A stretch of 36,121 bases of DNA, taken from a virus (Duplodnaviria; Caudoviricetes). Each line of letters opens with the position of its first letter. Positions within the stretch are counted from its first letter, which is position 1. The notes beneath the pieces are model-generated. The model ran no database searches, had not been told where the DNA came from, and saw nothing but the letters and a program-made list of their open reading frames with translations. The DNA is taken from IMG/VR virus record IMGVR_UViG_3300037755_000503, positions 1-36,121 of that record, one strand, 5' to 3'. The position numbers and the translations under genes are program-made. Shown piece by piece: positions 17,056 to 25,807 of the stretch.

Positions 17056-18641
17056 TGGCCACCGATACCACCGACCTGAAGAACAAGCTGGCCCGCACCG
17101 ACGGCAACGGGCAGCCCGAAGAGAAGCCGCTCGCCACCGTCGTCCGCCAGGCCATCGACCGCCAAGCCGACGCCTTCCGCGCCGTGCTCCCCGCAGGCGT
17201 CGACGCCGACCGGTTCGCCCGCCTCACCATGGTCGCGATCAAGGCCAACCCGAAGCTCATGGCCGCCTTCAGCACACGGCAAGGTCAGACCTCCGTCCTG
17301 CTCGCCGTGATGCAGGCCGCCGCCCTCGGCCTCGAACCCAACACGCCGACCGAGGAGTGCTGGCTCCAGCCCCGCAACCGGAAGGCGAAGGACGAGCACG
17401 GTCGCGACGTCTGGGTCGCGGAGTGCGAGCTGTCGATCGGCTACAAGGGCTACAAGAAGCTGGTCCGCAAGGCAGCGGCCAGCAGCGGTACCCCGGTCAA
17501 GAACATCTTCGCCGAGGTGGTCCGCGAGGGCGACCTCTTCCGCTGGTCTCGTGGGATCGACGCCGACGTGCTCGAGCACACGCCCGTCGACGGGCCCGGC
17601 GATGAGGAGGCGCCGCTCACGCACGTCTACGCGGTGGTCCGGTTCGCCGACGGCACCAACGATTTCGTGGTGATGAACCGGACGCAGGTCTACAAGCGCC
17701 GGGCCATGTCCGACTCGTGGAAGCGCGACCAGAAGTACTCGGACCAGCCGCCGCGTTCGCCGTGGTTCCATTGGGAGCCGGAGCAATGGCGCAAGACCGG
17801 CATCCGGACGCTGTGCAAGCAGCTGAACCTGTCACCGCAGTTGGAGCGTGCGCTGCAGTCCGATGAGGCACGACTGGCGCTGGGTGACGGCGGCATCCAG
17901 GCGTTGCCGTATAAAAACACGGCCGGCGAGCTGGAGCAGGCGCCGTCGCAGGCTGCCCGGCGGCAGGCCTACGGGCTGGGGTTGGGTGGCGGCGAGGTCG
18001 TACCGGCCGACGTCGACCCGGAGACGGGCGAGATCGACCGCGTGCCGAGTGACATTGCCGGTGAAGATATTCCTGGGGATGTCACAGCCGACCACATCGA
18101 GGCCACGGCCACCGCTGATCCCCCACCGGCGGCTCCCCGCGTTGATGACGCGCGGGGGGCCGCCCCGGCGGATAAGCCGATGCTGCCGACCCAGCGGAAC
18201 AAGCTCTTCGCCCTCCTCGACGAACACAACATGCTCCGCGACGAGGACCGTCACGCCTACGCCTCAGCGACGCTCGGCCGCGAAGTGAAGTCCTTCACAG
18301 ATCTGACGAGAGGCGACGCCTCCGACCTCATCATCAAGCTCAAGGAGTTGCGGGTGAGGCCGGGGCCGGACGATGACGAGCCCGCTATGGAGGTCGATCC
18401 GGAGAGACCGGCCACCGACGAGCAGCGCAAGGCCCTGGTCCTGCTGCTGCGTGAAGCGGGACTCCACGGTCCGCAGAAGTTCTCGTGGTGCGGCGCCAGG
18501 ATCCGCCGGTCGATCAAGGACTTCACCAGTCTCACCCAGGCCGAGCTCGGCGTGCTGATGGAGGAGGCCGGCCAGCGCGCCGAAGCCAACGCCGCCCAGG
18601 CCGCCCAGGAACTGCCGTCGGACGGGGGTTCGAGCCAATGA
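17055..18641 (+). CDS. recT: RecT-family ssDNA annealing protein with long C-terminal extension (528 aa)
   Basis: AAALGLEP, IGYKGY, VVREGD.F, SPW...RKT.IR motifs; near YqaJ nuclease. Confidence 0.88.
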   Translation: MATDTTDLKNKLARTDGNGQPEEKPLATVVRQAIDRQADAFRAVLPAGVDADRFARLTMVAIKANPKLMAAFSTRQGQTSVLLAVMQAAALGLEPNTPTEECWLQPRNRKAKDEHGRDVWVAECELSIGYKGYKKLVRKAAASSGTPVKNIFAEVVREGDLFRWSRGIDADVLEHTPVDGPGDEEAPLTHVYAVVRFADGTNDFVVMNRTQVYKRRAMSDSWKRDQKYSDQPPRSPWFHWEPEQWRKTGIRTLCKQLNLSPQLERALQSDEARLALGDGGIQALPYKNTAGELEQAPSQAARRQAYGLGLGGGEVVPADVDPETGEIDRVPSDIAGEDIPGDVTADHIEATATADPPPAAPRVDDARGAAPADKPMLPTQRNKLFALLDEHNMLRDEDRHAYASATLGREVKSFTDLTRGDASDLIIKLKELRVRPGPDDDEPAMEVDPERPATDEQRKALVLLLREAGLHGPQKFSWCGARIRRSIKDFTSLTQAELGVLMEEAGQRAEANAAQAAQELPSDGGSSQ

Positions 18642-19078
18642 CGCCTCCACCCCTGTCCGACGGCCTGACCACCTGCCAGAGCCATGACCTCGAAGACGAG
18701 CGGCTGAACCTCACCGTGCAGCTCGGCGATGTGCGCTCGGCGCTCGCCGCCGTGAACGCTGAGATGCGCCAGATCCGGACGTTCAAGCCGACGGGTGGCC
18801 GGACGATGCTCACCGAGGCGGAACAGCGGCGAGCAGTCCTCGTGACCAAACAGGCCGACCTGGAAGTTGACCTCGCAGCGGTGAAACAGGACATCCGCGA
18901 CCGCCACCAGCCACTCGGGATCGACGACCCACGGCTGGAGGTGCTCCGTCTGCTGCGAACGATGGCCGACGAGTACGAACTGGTGCCCTTGCGCATCGCC
19001 AAGGAACTGCGGGAACTGGTCATAGACGACGTAAATGACGACGTGTCCGCTGATCTCCGGACATGGGCGAACCCATGA
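18638..19078 (+). CDS. Coiled-coil hypothetical protein (146 aa)
   Basis: ATGA coupling; heptad pattern. Confidence 0.65.
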   Translation: MTPPPLSDGLTTCQSHDLEDERLNLTVQLGDVRSALAAVNAEMRQIRTFKPTGGRTMLTEAEQRRAVLVTKQADLEVDLAAVKQDIRDRHQPLGIDDPRLEVLRLLRTMADEYELVPLRIAKELRELVIDDVNDDVSADLRTWANP

Positions 19079-19100
19079 CCACCGACCAGGGAGCTTGCCG

Positions 19101-19289
19101 ATGGCGCTCGTCCCGCTCGACCCCGACCTGTGCCCCAGCTGCGGCCTGTCCTGCGAGGTCGAGATGACCGGCCAACCCGCCCTCCTCCACCACGGCGGCT
19201 ACGGGCAGCAGGTCGTGACCACCGTCCGCTACTGCCCGTGCGGCTGGCACCTCGTGCACTCCATCGCCTCAGAAAGGCCACCCCGATGA
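19101..19289 (+). CDS. Small Zn-ribbon protein (62 aa)
   Basis: GGGAG RBS; CPSCG...CPCGW. Confidence 0.6.
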   Translation: MALVPLDPDLCPSCGLSCEVEMTGQPALLHHGGYGQQVVTTVRYCPCGWHLVHSIASERPPR

Positions 19290-19774
19290 TCGACGACCTC
19301 GGGTGTGACATCCCCACGAATAATATTTCCGGAAATGTCACACCCCGCCTGTTCCACGGCGGTGTGCCCGGCCTCGCCCACGGAGAACGCATCCGGCCCG
19401 GCCATCAGGACCTCAGGCTCCACGCCGACTGCCCGACCTGCCAGGCAAACGCCCGGGGCGAGCACGGCCCGTGGGGGCCGCCGACTCCGCCAGACCGCGT
19501 CTACGGCACGACGGATCGCCAGTACGCCCGCTGGTACGCGTCCCTGGTCGGCCTCGGCTGGCTCTACCGGGTGCGCCCGATCGGCGAGCTGCACGAGTCG
19601 ACCGAGGACCACTTCCCTTCGTTCTGGGCCGACGAGTTCGAAGTCGTCTCCGTGCTCGAACGTGCCGTCCGGCTGACCTGGCGGGAGCGGCGGCGCCTCT
19701 ACATCCGGTGGGGCGGTAACGAAACCGAGTGGCGAGCGATGCTCGCCCATCTCGGCGTGGCCGGTGTCCGATGA
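19286..19774 (+). CDS. Arr-like ADP-ribosyltransferase-fold protein (162 aa)
   Basis: LFHGG...G....PG, VYGTTD...A..YA, LYRVRPIG motifs in Arr order. Confidence 0.65.
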   Translation: MIDDLGCDIPTNNISGNVTPRLFHGGVPGLAHGERIRPGHQDLRLHADCPTCQANARGEHGPWGPPTPPDRVYGTTDRQYARWYASLVGLGWLYRVRPIGELHESTEDHFPSFWADEFEVVSVLERAVRLTWRERRRLYIRWGGNETEWRAMLAHLGVAGVR

Positions 19775-20202
19775 CCGACGTCGATCCGAACCTGTTCGGG
19801 CTGCCCGGCGCCGAACACATGCGCAACGACGAGGTCGACGTCTACGAGGCCGACATCGACGGTCGGACCACCGGCAACCCGGAAGAGGTCTGGATCATCG
19901 AGGAGTGGACGTGCGGTTCCGTCCGCTTCGGATCGAACACCGCCGAGTGCATGGCCGAGGACGCAGGCGAGAAGCTCTGCGACGACCTGGAGTTCGACGA
20001 GGACGGCGCAGACGCCATCGGCCGGGCAGCCGCTCACCCCGACGTGGTGGCGGCGTTCCAGGAGGCGCTGGACCTCCTCGCGAAGAAGGTCAACTACCGG
20101 ATGGCCGACAAGAAGGTCGCCGATCATCGGGTCACCTTCGACGCTGACGACGAACCGCTCCTCGACGGCGAGCCGATGTACCGCACGGTCGAGGCATCAT
20201 GA
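19771..20202 (+). CDS. Acidic hypothetical protein (143 aa)
   Basis: ATGA coupling; codon usage. Confidence 0.7.
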   Translation: MTDVDPNLFGLPGAEHMRNDEVDVYEADIDGRTTGNPEEVWIIEEWTCGSVRFGSNTAECMAEDAGEKLCDDLEFDEDGADAIGRAAAHPDVVAAFQEALDLLAKKVNYRMADKKVADHRVTFDADDEPLLDGEPMYRTVEAS

Positions 20203-20471
20203 CCGCCCTCCAGGTCACCGCCACGGTCACCGACGGGCCATTCCAGGGCCGCCGGCTGGTCGTGCGCTGGACAGCACCGGACCTGCGCGGCCAGTCCCAC
20301 TGCGATGTCCGGGTCGAGATCCGCGGCGAGATGGTGCCCGTGTCGGTCGCCGCCACCGTCCTCGCCCACATCGACCGGCGGACGTGTCCCTGCTTCGACG
20401 GTCCCCGAGGCGTCCCCTGCCACATCCACGAGATCGGCGTCGCCCACACCGAAAGGACCGGCACACCATGA
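20199..20471 (+). CDS. Hypothetical protein with SWIM-like CxC...CxxH (90 aa)
   Basis: TCPCFDGPRGVPCHIH. Confidence 0.6.
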   Translation: MTALQVTATVTDGPFQGRRLVVRWTAPDLRGQSHCDVRVEIRGEMVPVSVAATVLAHIDRRTCPCFDGPRGVPCHIHEIGVAHTERTGTP

Positions 20472-20617
20472 CCACCCATTATCCCGTCGAGGGCGTGCTC
20501 GGTCCGACCGACCTATGTGAGACCGATGAATTCGGCGACGGAGATCTCACGCTCGACATCCGGCTCGTCGACTGCGAACCCTGCAAGGTCGCGCTCGGCC
20601 TGAAGGCGCAGCCATGA
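20468..20617 (+). CDS. Small Cys protein (49 aa)
   Basis: GAAAGGA RBS; ATGA coupling. Confidence 0.6.
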   Translation: MTTHYPVEGVLGPTDLCETDEFGDGDLTLDIRLVDCEPCKVALGLKAQP

Positions 20618-20973
20618 CCGCTCACCCTGGCCCATGGCGGATCGACAAGTTCGGCTACTCGGCTGACCCGTGGCGCATCATCGACGCCAACGGCGCCGAG
20701 ATGTACCGCTACGTCCCCGACTGGCGGGAAGGTATGCCGCCGTACCCGGCACCGCTCGCCTACGCGACAAAGACCGCTGCCGTCGCAGCGCTCGGCGCGA
20801 TCGCCGGTGAGCAGGCAGCCGAGGTCGAACGGCTCGAAGCGCTCGTCGACGGCCAGGACCGCCGGATCGAGAACCTGATCGAACAGAACGTCGAACTGGA
20901 AGACCAGGTCGACGAACTGCGAGCCCAGGTCGCCTCCCAGAAGTCGGTCATCGCCACCGAAGGCGGGACCTGA
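20614..20973 (+). CDS. Hypothetical protein with C-terminal coiled coil (119 aa)
   Basis: HPGPW N-terminus; coupling. Confidence 0.7.
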   Translation: MTAHPGPWRIDKFGYSADPWRIIDANGAEMYRYVPDWREGMPPYPAPLAYATKTAAVAALGAIAGEQAAEVERLEALVDGQDRRIENLIEQNVELEDQVDELRAQVASQKSVIATEGGT

Positions 20974-21347
20974 TGGCCGGGCTCGCACAGCTGGAAGAGC
21001 GGATCGCCAAGCTCGAAGCGGCCGCCGCCGACATCCGTGAGGCGACCCGCGAGGCGCACGAGGCAATCGGCACGCTCCGTCTGCTGAAGAAAGACGTCGC
21101 TGGCCTGGTCGACGAGGTTCGACGGCTGCACGACGTCGATGGCCCGAAGCTCTTCAACGACATGGCCACGGAGCAGATCCGGGTGACGCTCGACGCCTAC
21201 CGCACCCAGATACGCGAGGCGCAGGACAGCGCGGTCGAGAAGGTCGGCCGCACGTTCGACGAGCTCGCCCGCATCTACCTCGAGGGGAGCGGCGGCAAGC
21301 ACCGTGACATCCCGCTGCCGACGCTCGCCGAGCGGGCACGACGGTGA
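20973..21347 (+). CDS. Helical hypothetical protein (124 aa)
   Basis: TGATG coupling. Confidence 0.7.
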   Translation: MAGLAQLEERIAKLEAAAADIREATREAHEAIGTLRLLKKDVAGLVDEVRRLHDVDGPKLFNDMATEQIRVTLDAYRTQIREAQDSAVEKVGRTFDELARIYLEGSGGKHRDIPLPTLAERARR

Positions 21348-21484
21348 TCGACGAGGTCCGGCATCTGACGTGGCGAGGTCGTCTGTCGATGCATGCGGGG
21401 CTTCTGATGGGCGACTCGATCCGATGGCTCACCGAGGTGGTCACGGGCGCCTTCCGTGACTGGTGGAGGTGCGGTCGCCGATGA
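21344..21484 (+). CDS. Small hypothetical protein (46 aa)
   Basis: Fills the gap with GTGA/ATGA overlaps; not in ORF track. Confidence 0.5.
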   Translation: MIDEVRHLTWRGRLSMHAGLLMGDSIRWLTEVVTGAFRDWWRCGRR

Positions 21485-21762
21485 CCTGGGAGGAGCAGCT
21501 CGTGGCCGCTCAGCGGCGCATGCGGGCAACCGGCGGACCCACCACACCCCGACGCCGGCCACGGCCGCACAGAGGCCGGGCGCAGCTCACCGAGCGGGAC
21601 GTGCAGCGGACGCTCGCTCGCGCCGGTACCGATTTCCCGACCGCAGATGAGGCGACGAAACCGGTAGTCGGGCCGCTCCAAGGTCACCGGACTCGCCCGA
21701 CCGAACGGGACCGCCGCCGCACCCTGCTGCGGCTCGCCGGCCCACCCACGGAAGCCGCATGA
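21481..21762 (+). CDS. Basic hypothetical protein (93 aa)
   Basis: GGAGG RBS; coupling. Confidence 0.55.
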   Translation: MTWEEQLVAAQRRMRATGGPTTPRRRPRPHRGRAQLTERDVQRTLARAGTDFPTADEATKPVVGPLQGHRTRPTERDRRRTLLRLAGPPTEAA

Positions 21763-22070
21763 CCCTCTTCGATCCCGGCGCCCCCGCACCGCCCCCCGAG
21801 AAGCTGTCGGCCGACCGGCGACGGACCATCCGCAACCGGCAGCTGATCGACGGTGGCACCCACCCAGTCACCCGGCTCCGCCTCGCCGACAACGGTGAGA
21901 CCTGCGGCACCTGCGAACACTCCGGCACCCAGGGCGGCGTCGCCGGCACCTACTGGAAGTGCGGCGCCCAGAACGGCCGGTACATCACCGGAGGCCCCGC
22001 CACCGACATCAGGCTCTCCTGGCCCGCCTGCGTGCTCTGGGGGCCACCTGAGCTGGACGGCTTCACATGA
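21759..22070 (+). CDS. Cys-rich hypothetical protein (103 aa)
   Basis: TCGTCEH...YWKC...WPAC. Confidence 0.7.
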   Translation: MTLFDPGAPAPPPEKLSADRRRTIRNRQLIDGGTHPVTRLRLADNGETCGTCEHSGTQGGVAGTYWKCGAQNGRYITGGPATDIRLSWPACVLWGPPELDGFT

Positions 22071-22276
22071 CCGCCGACCTGTTCCGCACCACCCGGCCGC
22101 TCCCCGAGGACCACGCACGGCTCCACGACCTCCGCCAGGCCCTCTACGACGCCGAACAGGCTCACGCCGCAGCCTCAGCGACGTCGGCCCGGGCCATCAA
22201 GGCTGCCGGCGAAGCGAACCAACGTGAGTGCGATGCCCGCGCCGCACTGAAGACGTTCCTCGGGCTGCCGAGATGA
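22067..22276 (+). CDS. Small helical protein (69 aa)
   Basis: ATGA coupling. Confidence 0.6.
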   Translation: MTADLFRTTRPLPEDHARLHDLRQALYDAEQAHAAASATSARAIKAAGEANQRECDARAALKTFLGLPR

Positions 22277-22629
22277 CCAACACCTACGCCACGACCCGCA
22301 AGGACGGGCTCATGTGGGCCGAGTGCTGGTGCATGGGCACCACCGTCCTCGTCACGCCCGGCGACGTCAGGGCTGGCCGCACCGGGTCCTGTGAGCGCCG
22401 TGACGGCCTGTGTGTGCCCGGGTACGAGCCGCCGGCCCCGCCGCCGCCGGCCAGGCCGGGGACGCTGTGGGCGGTCCTCGATTGCGCTCAGCCGAATCGA
22501 GTTCGGCGTGACGCATCGGAGTTCGGCTCCGCGATAGTCTCCGGGGAACGTGAAAGCCCCCGCGACGTTGGCTCGTCCGGGGGCGTTGGCCAGTCCCTCC
22601 TGAACAGGAACCAGCACCATGCAGAGTAG
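22273..22629 (+). CDS. Hypothetical Cys protein (118 aa); 3' half overlaps a structured leader
   Basis: ECWC...GSC...C; atypical codon usage after ~22480. Confidence 0.55.
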   Translation: MTNTYATTRKDGLMWAECWCMGTTVLVTPGDVRAGRTGSCERRDGLCVPGYEPPAPPPPARPGTLWAVLDCAQPNRVRRDASEFGSAIVSGERESPRDVGSSGGVGQSLLNRNQHHAE

Positions 22630-23257
22630 CAAGACCTCCGTCGCCGCCGACACCCCACCGCCCGTGATGGCGGCCGGTGACTGGTCGACCAATGGCGACC
22701 TCATCGCCGACGTCGCCCGCATCGGCTACATCCGGGGTACCGACCGCGTCCTCGACATGACCTACGGGCTCGGTGGCTGGTGGACCGAGTACCAGCCACC
22801 ACTGCTGGTCGCGTGCGACATCGACCCCGCCAAGTCGCGGATGGGCTCGGTCGACTTCACCGAGCTACCGCTCGCCTGGGAATCCCAGTTCGATGTTGTG
22901 GCGTTCGACCCGCCGTACAAGCTGAACGGCACCCCCGACCCTGCCATCGACGCCCGCTACGGCGTCCACATGCCCACCACCATCCCCGGACGGCACGGCC
23001 TCATGTGCACCGGCCTACAGGAGGCGGCACGGGTCGTCGTCAACCGTGGGGTCGTGCTGGCCAAGTGCCAGGACCAGGTTGCTTCCGGGAAGGTCTGGTG
23101 GCAGTCCGACATGCTCACCGCTGTCGGCGCCGAGGTCGGGCTGACCAAGATCGACGAGTTGCTCATGCCGTCCTACCGGGCCCAACCTCCGGGCCGCCGC
23201 CAGATCCACGCCCGGCGCAACTACTCGACGCTCCTCGTGTTCCGGAAGGAGGCGTAG
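22619..23257 (+). CDS. Amino (N6A/N4C) DNA methyltransferase (212 aa)
   Basis: Motif I VLDMTYGLG followed by motif IV FDPPY. Confidence 0.82.
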   Translation: MQSSKTSVAADTPPPVMAAGDWSTNGDLIADVARIGYIRGTDRVLDMTYGLGGWWTEYQPPLLVACDIDPAKSRMGSVDFTELPLAWESQFDVVAFDPPYKLNGTPDPAIDARYGVHMPTTIPGRHGLMCTGLQEAARVVVNRGVVLAKCQDQVASGKVWWQSDMLTAVGAEVGLTKIDELLMPSYRAQPPGRRQIHARRNYSTLLVFRKEA

Positions 23258-23839
23258 ATGGCCGTCAGCCGACGTCTCCGATTCGAGATCCTCCGCCGCG
23301 ACGGACACAGATGCCGCTACTGCGGCGCCACACCGGATGTGACCGAGCTGCACGTGGATCACGTCGTACCCGTGTCGCTCGGTGGTCTCGACGACCCCAC
23401 GAACCTGGTCGCCGCCTGTCGCGACTGCAACCGCGGCAAAGCCAGCATCGCTCCCGATGCCGAGATCGTGGCCGACGTCAACGCCGATGCACTCCGGTGG
23501 GCGGCCGCCATGGAACATGCCGCCGAACTGCGCCGGTGGGACTGGGCACAGATGGACGAGAAGATCGCTCGATTCGACCGGGAATGGCGGAGCTACAAGG
23601 TCAACGCCACCGGCGAGGAGATCGAGCGGGACGACGATTGGAGGGACTCGATCGAGCGGTTCCTCAACGCCGACCTCAACCACGACGACCTGGTCAGGCT
23701 CATCCGCCAGGCGATGCACAGCGGCATCGCCCGCGACCCCTGGCGGTTCTTCTGCGGGAAGTGCTGGGCTGAGATCCGCACCCGCCAGGAGTGGGCAGTC
23801 GAGTTCCTTCCGCCGTCCGCAACCGACGAGGCACGCTGA
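23258..23839 (+). CDS. HNH endonuclease-domain protein (193 aa)
   Basis: CRYCG...HVDHVVP...NLVAACRDCNRGK. Confidence 0.9.
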   Translation: MAVSRRLRFEILRRDGHRCRYCGATPDVTELHVDHVVPVSLGGLDDPTNLVAACRDCNRGKASIAPDAEIVADVNADALRWAAAMEHAAELRRWDWAQMDEKIARFDREWRSYKVNATGEEIERDDDWRDSIERFLNADLNHDDLVRLIRQAMHSGIARDPWRFFCGKCWAEIRTRQEWAVEFLPPSATDEAR

Positions 23840-24528
23840 TGGCATGGGTCAAACTCGACGCCGGATGGATCTTCCACCCGAAGGCCCGCGCCGCCGGTCG
23901 GGACGGTCGTGAGCTGTTCATCGCGAGCCTGTGCTGGGCGACCAGCAGCGAGACCAGGGGCGTCATCGCCACGCGCGACCTCCCACTGATCGCCACCGCC
24001 GCCGAGGTCAAGCCGGCCATCTCGAAACGGCTGGTCGAAGTCGGGCTGTGGGAGACCCATCCCGCGGGATGGCTGATCCACGACTACCACGACTACAACC
24101 CGACCCCTGAAGCCATCGAGGAGCGACGACGAAAGCGCGCTGAAGCCGGCCGGAAAGGTGGCCTGACTTCCCGTCCACCGGGAAGCAAACCGGAAGCAAG
24201 TGCTTCGGCAAACGGTGAAGCAAACCAGGAAGCAGACGAGAAGCAAACAGCGAACCCGTATTCGTTTTCGGTTAGTGGTTTACCTCCTCAAACAACCTCC
24301 AGTGGTAGCAAAGCCGACGCCTGGAGTGATGAAAGGAATCGAAACAGCACCCCGAGCCGCGAACCGGTGTCAGCCGAGCCGACGGCCGGTTCGCTGATCA
24401 GAGCCGCCGAAGCGACCCGCCAGGAACGTGCCGCCGACGCCCCTGCCGAGCTGGATGTGGACCGCGGTCTGGCTCACGTCGCCGAGATGAAAGCCGCCCG
24501 AGCCGCACTCACGAAGGAGACACCGTGA
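23839..24528 (+). CDS. Replication initiator (lambda O-analogous, 229 aa)
   Basis: MAWVKLD...HPK, LVEVGLW, IHDY.DYNP motifs; internal iterons. Confidence 0.75.
   Translation: MAWVKLDAGWIFHPKARAAGRDGRELFIASLCWATSSETRGVIATRDLPLIATAAEVKPAISKRLVEVGLWETHPAGWLIHDYHDYNPTPEAIEERRRKRAEAGRKGGLTSRPPGSKPEASASANGEANQEADEKQTANPYSFSVSGLPPQTTSSGSKADAWSDERNRNSTPSREPVSAEPTAGSLIRAAEATRQERAADAPAELDVDRGLAHVAEMKAARAALTKETP
24182..24300 (+). repeat. Iteron array GAAGCA(A/G)AC plus AT-rich tract: probable replication origin
   Basis: Copies at 24182, 24193, 24217, 24229, 24240 (degenerate 24205), 11-12 bp spacing, then a T-rich segment. Confidence 0.7.
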
Positions 24529-24779
24529 CCATCCAGTACCACGTCAACGCCACCATCGTCCTCACCGACCCGGTCGACACCCACACCATCGCCACACGCC
24601 TCCAGGAGACCGTCACCGACCTCATGCTGACCCGCGACCCAGACGGCTACGACCCCGCCTACGTCTCCGTCTCCATCACCACATTCGACGTCGACGACAC
24701 CGACGACGACGAGCCCGAGGTCATCGCCCACGAAGACATCGTCGGCGCGCTCTACAGCGGAGACGAACATGCCGCCTGA
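24525..24779 (+). CDS. Acidic hypothetical protein (84 aa)
   Basis: AAGGAG RBS; GTGA coupling. Confidence 0.7.
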   Translation: MTIQYHVNATIVLTDPVDTHTIATRLQETVTDLMLTRDPDGYDPAYVSVSITTFDVDDTDDDEPEVIAHEDIVGALYSGDEHAA

Positions 24780-25116
24780 CCCGTTCCCTGGACCCGACCT
24801 CACCGACGTCGCAGCGCAGCGACGCCGGACCATGGCCGACCTCGCCGCCATCGATGGCGAACCCGAGCCACCCATCGACCTCGTCCTGCGATGGCGAGAA
24901 GTGTGGGACCGCGAGGCCGACCGCCTCCAGACCACCGGACCCAACCCCCACCTCGTCGACCCCGAGCTCGACGAGTGGCGCACCACCTACGGCCGCCTCG
25001 ACATCCCCACCACCATCATCGACTGGCGCCCCATCGCCGCCGGCATCACCGCCATCGCACTCGCCCTCACCGCACACTGGATCACCACCCACCCAAGGAG
25101 AACCACCAATGGCTGA
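24769..25116 (+). CDS. Hypothetical protein with C-terminal TM (115 aa)
   Basis: GGAG RBS; hydrophobic C-terminus. Confidence 0.6.
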   Translation: MPPDPFPGPDLTDVAAQRRRTMADLAAIDGEPEPPIDLVLRWREVWDREADRLQTTGPNPHLVDPELDEWRTTYGRLDIPTTIIDWRPIAAGITAIALALTAHWITTHPRRTTNG

Positions 25117-25447
25117 CCTCGCAGCAACCACCGTGACCCTCGCCACACCCGCCATCCTCGAAAACATCGACGTCGCCGCAACCGTCTCCGGAGACACCGC
25201 ACCCATCGGCGACGACCTCATGCTCTTCATCAAGAACGGCGCCGGCACCACCACCACCGTCACCATCGCCACACCCGGCACCGTCGACGGGCTCGCCATC
25301 GCCGACGTCTCCATCGCCATCCCCACCCTGCTCTCGGCGCTCGTCCCGCTCACGCAGCCGCTCGCCTCCGGTGCCACCGGCCGAGCGAACATCACCTACT
25401 CGCAGGTCACGACCGTCACCGTCGCCGTCCTGCGCGTCCGCCGCTGA
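25109..25447 (+). CDS. Beta-rich virion-type protein (112 aa), paralogue of 33981-34328
   Basis: AAGGAG RBS; shared GDTAPIG...NG.G....T and VT.VT motifs. Confidence 0.75.
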   Translation: MADLAATTVTLATPAILENIDVAATVSGDTAPIGDDLMLFIKNGAGTTTTVTIATPGTVDGLAIADVSIAIPTLLSALVPLTQPLASGATGRANITYSQVTTVTVAVLRVRR

Positions 25448-25692
25448 TGCTCACGCCCAACGTCCCCCGCCAACCGGTGGACCTGGCCGTGGCAGCAGCC
25501 AACGAGATGCCGAAGCTCGGCGGCCTCGTCGACCCAACCCGGGCCGCATGGGTCGTAGTCGACGCACTGCGCAAGGCGGGATGGCTACACGCACCCGTCA
25601 CGATCCACATACATGGCCAGGTCCAGGGCGAAGACGACCTCGTGAAGAGTGTCTGCGACGCCGTCGCGAAGCACCGTCTCACCCGCGCCTGA
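25447..25692 (+). CDS. Hypothetical protein (81 aa)
   Basis: TGATG coupling. Confidence 0.6.
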   Translation: MLTPNVPRQPVDLAVAAANEMPKLGGLVDPTRAAWVVVDALRKAGWLHAPVTIHIHGQVQGEDDLVKSVCDAVAKHRLTRA

Positions 25693-25807
25693 GGCCGACC
25701 ATGGGGGACCCGATGACCGCCACACCCACCACCACGGACCATCCGCCGATGTCGGTCATCGGGCCCCACCGATTCGGACGCTGGCTCGACCGCCGACCGG
25801 TGACCCC

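Noticed and set aside
17906-17923. GCCGT-ATAAAAAC-ACGGC in recT as an internal promoter
   Set aside because: No -35 at suitable spacing and only a 5-bp stem
21304-21340. Third GTGACAT site
   Set aside because: No ATGTCAC arm at the 23-bp spacing
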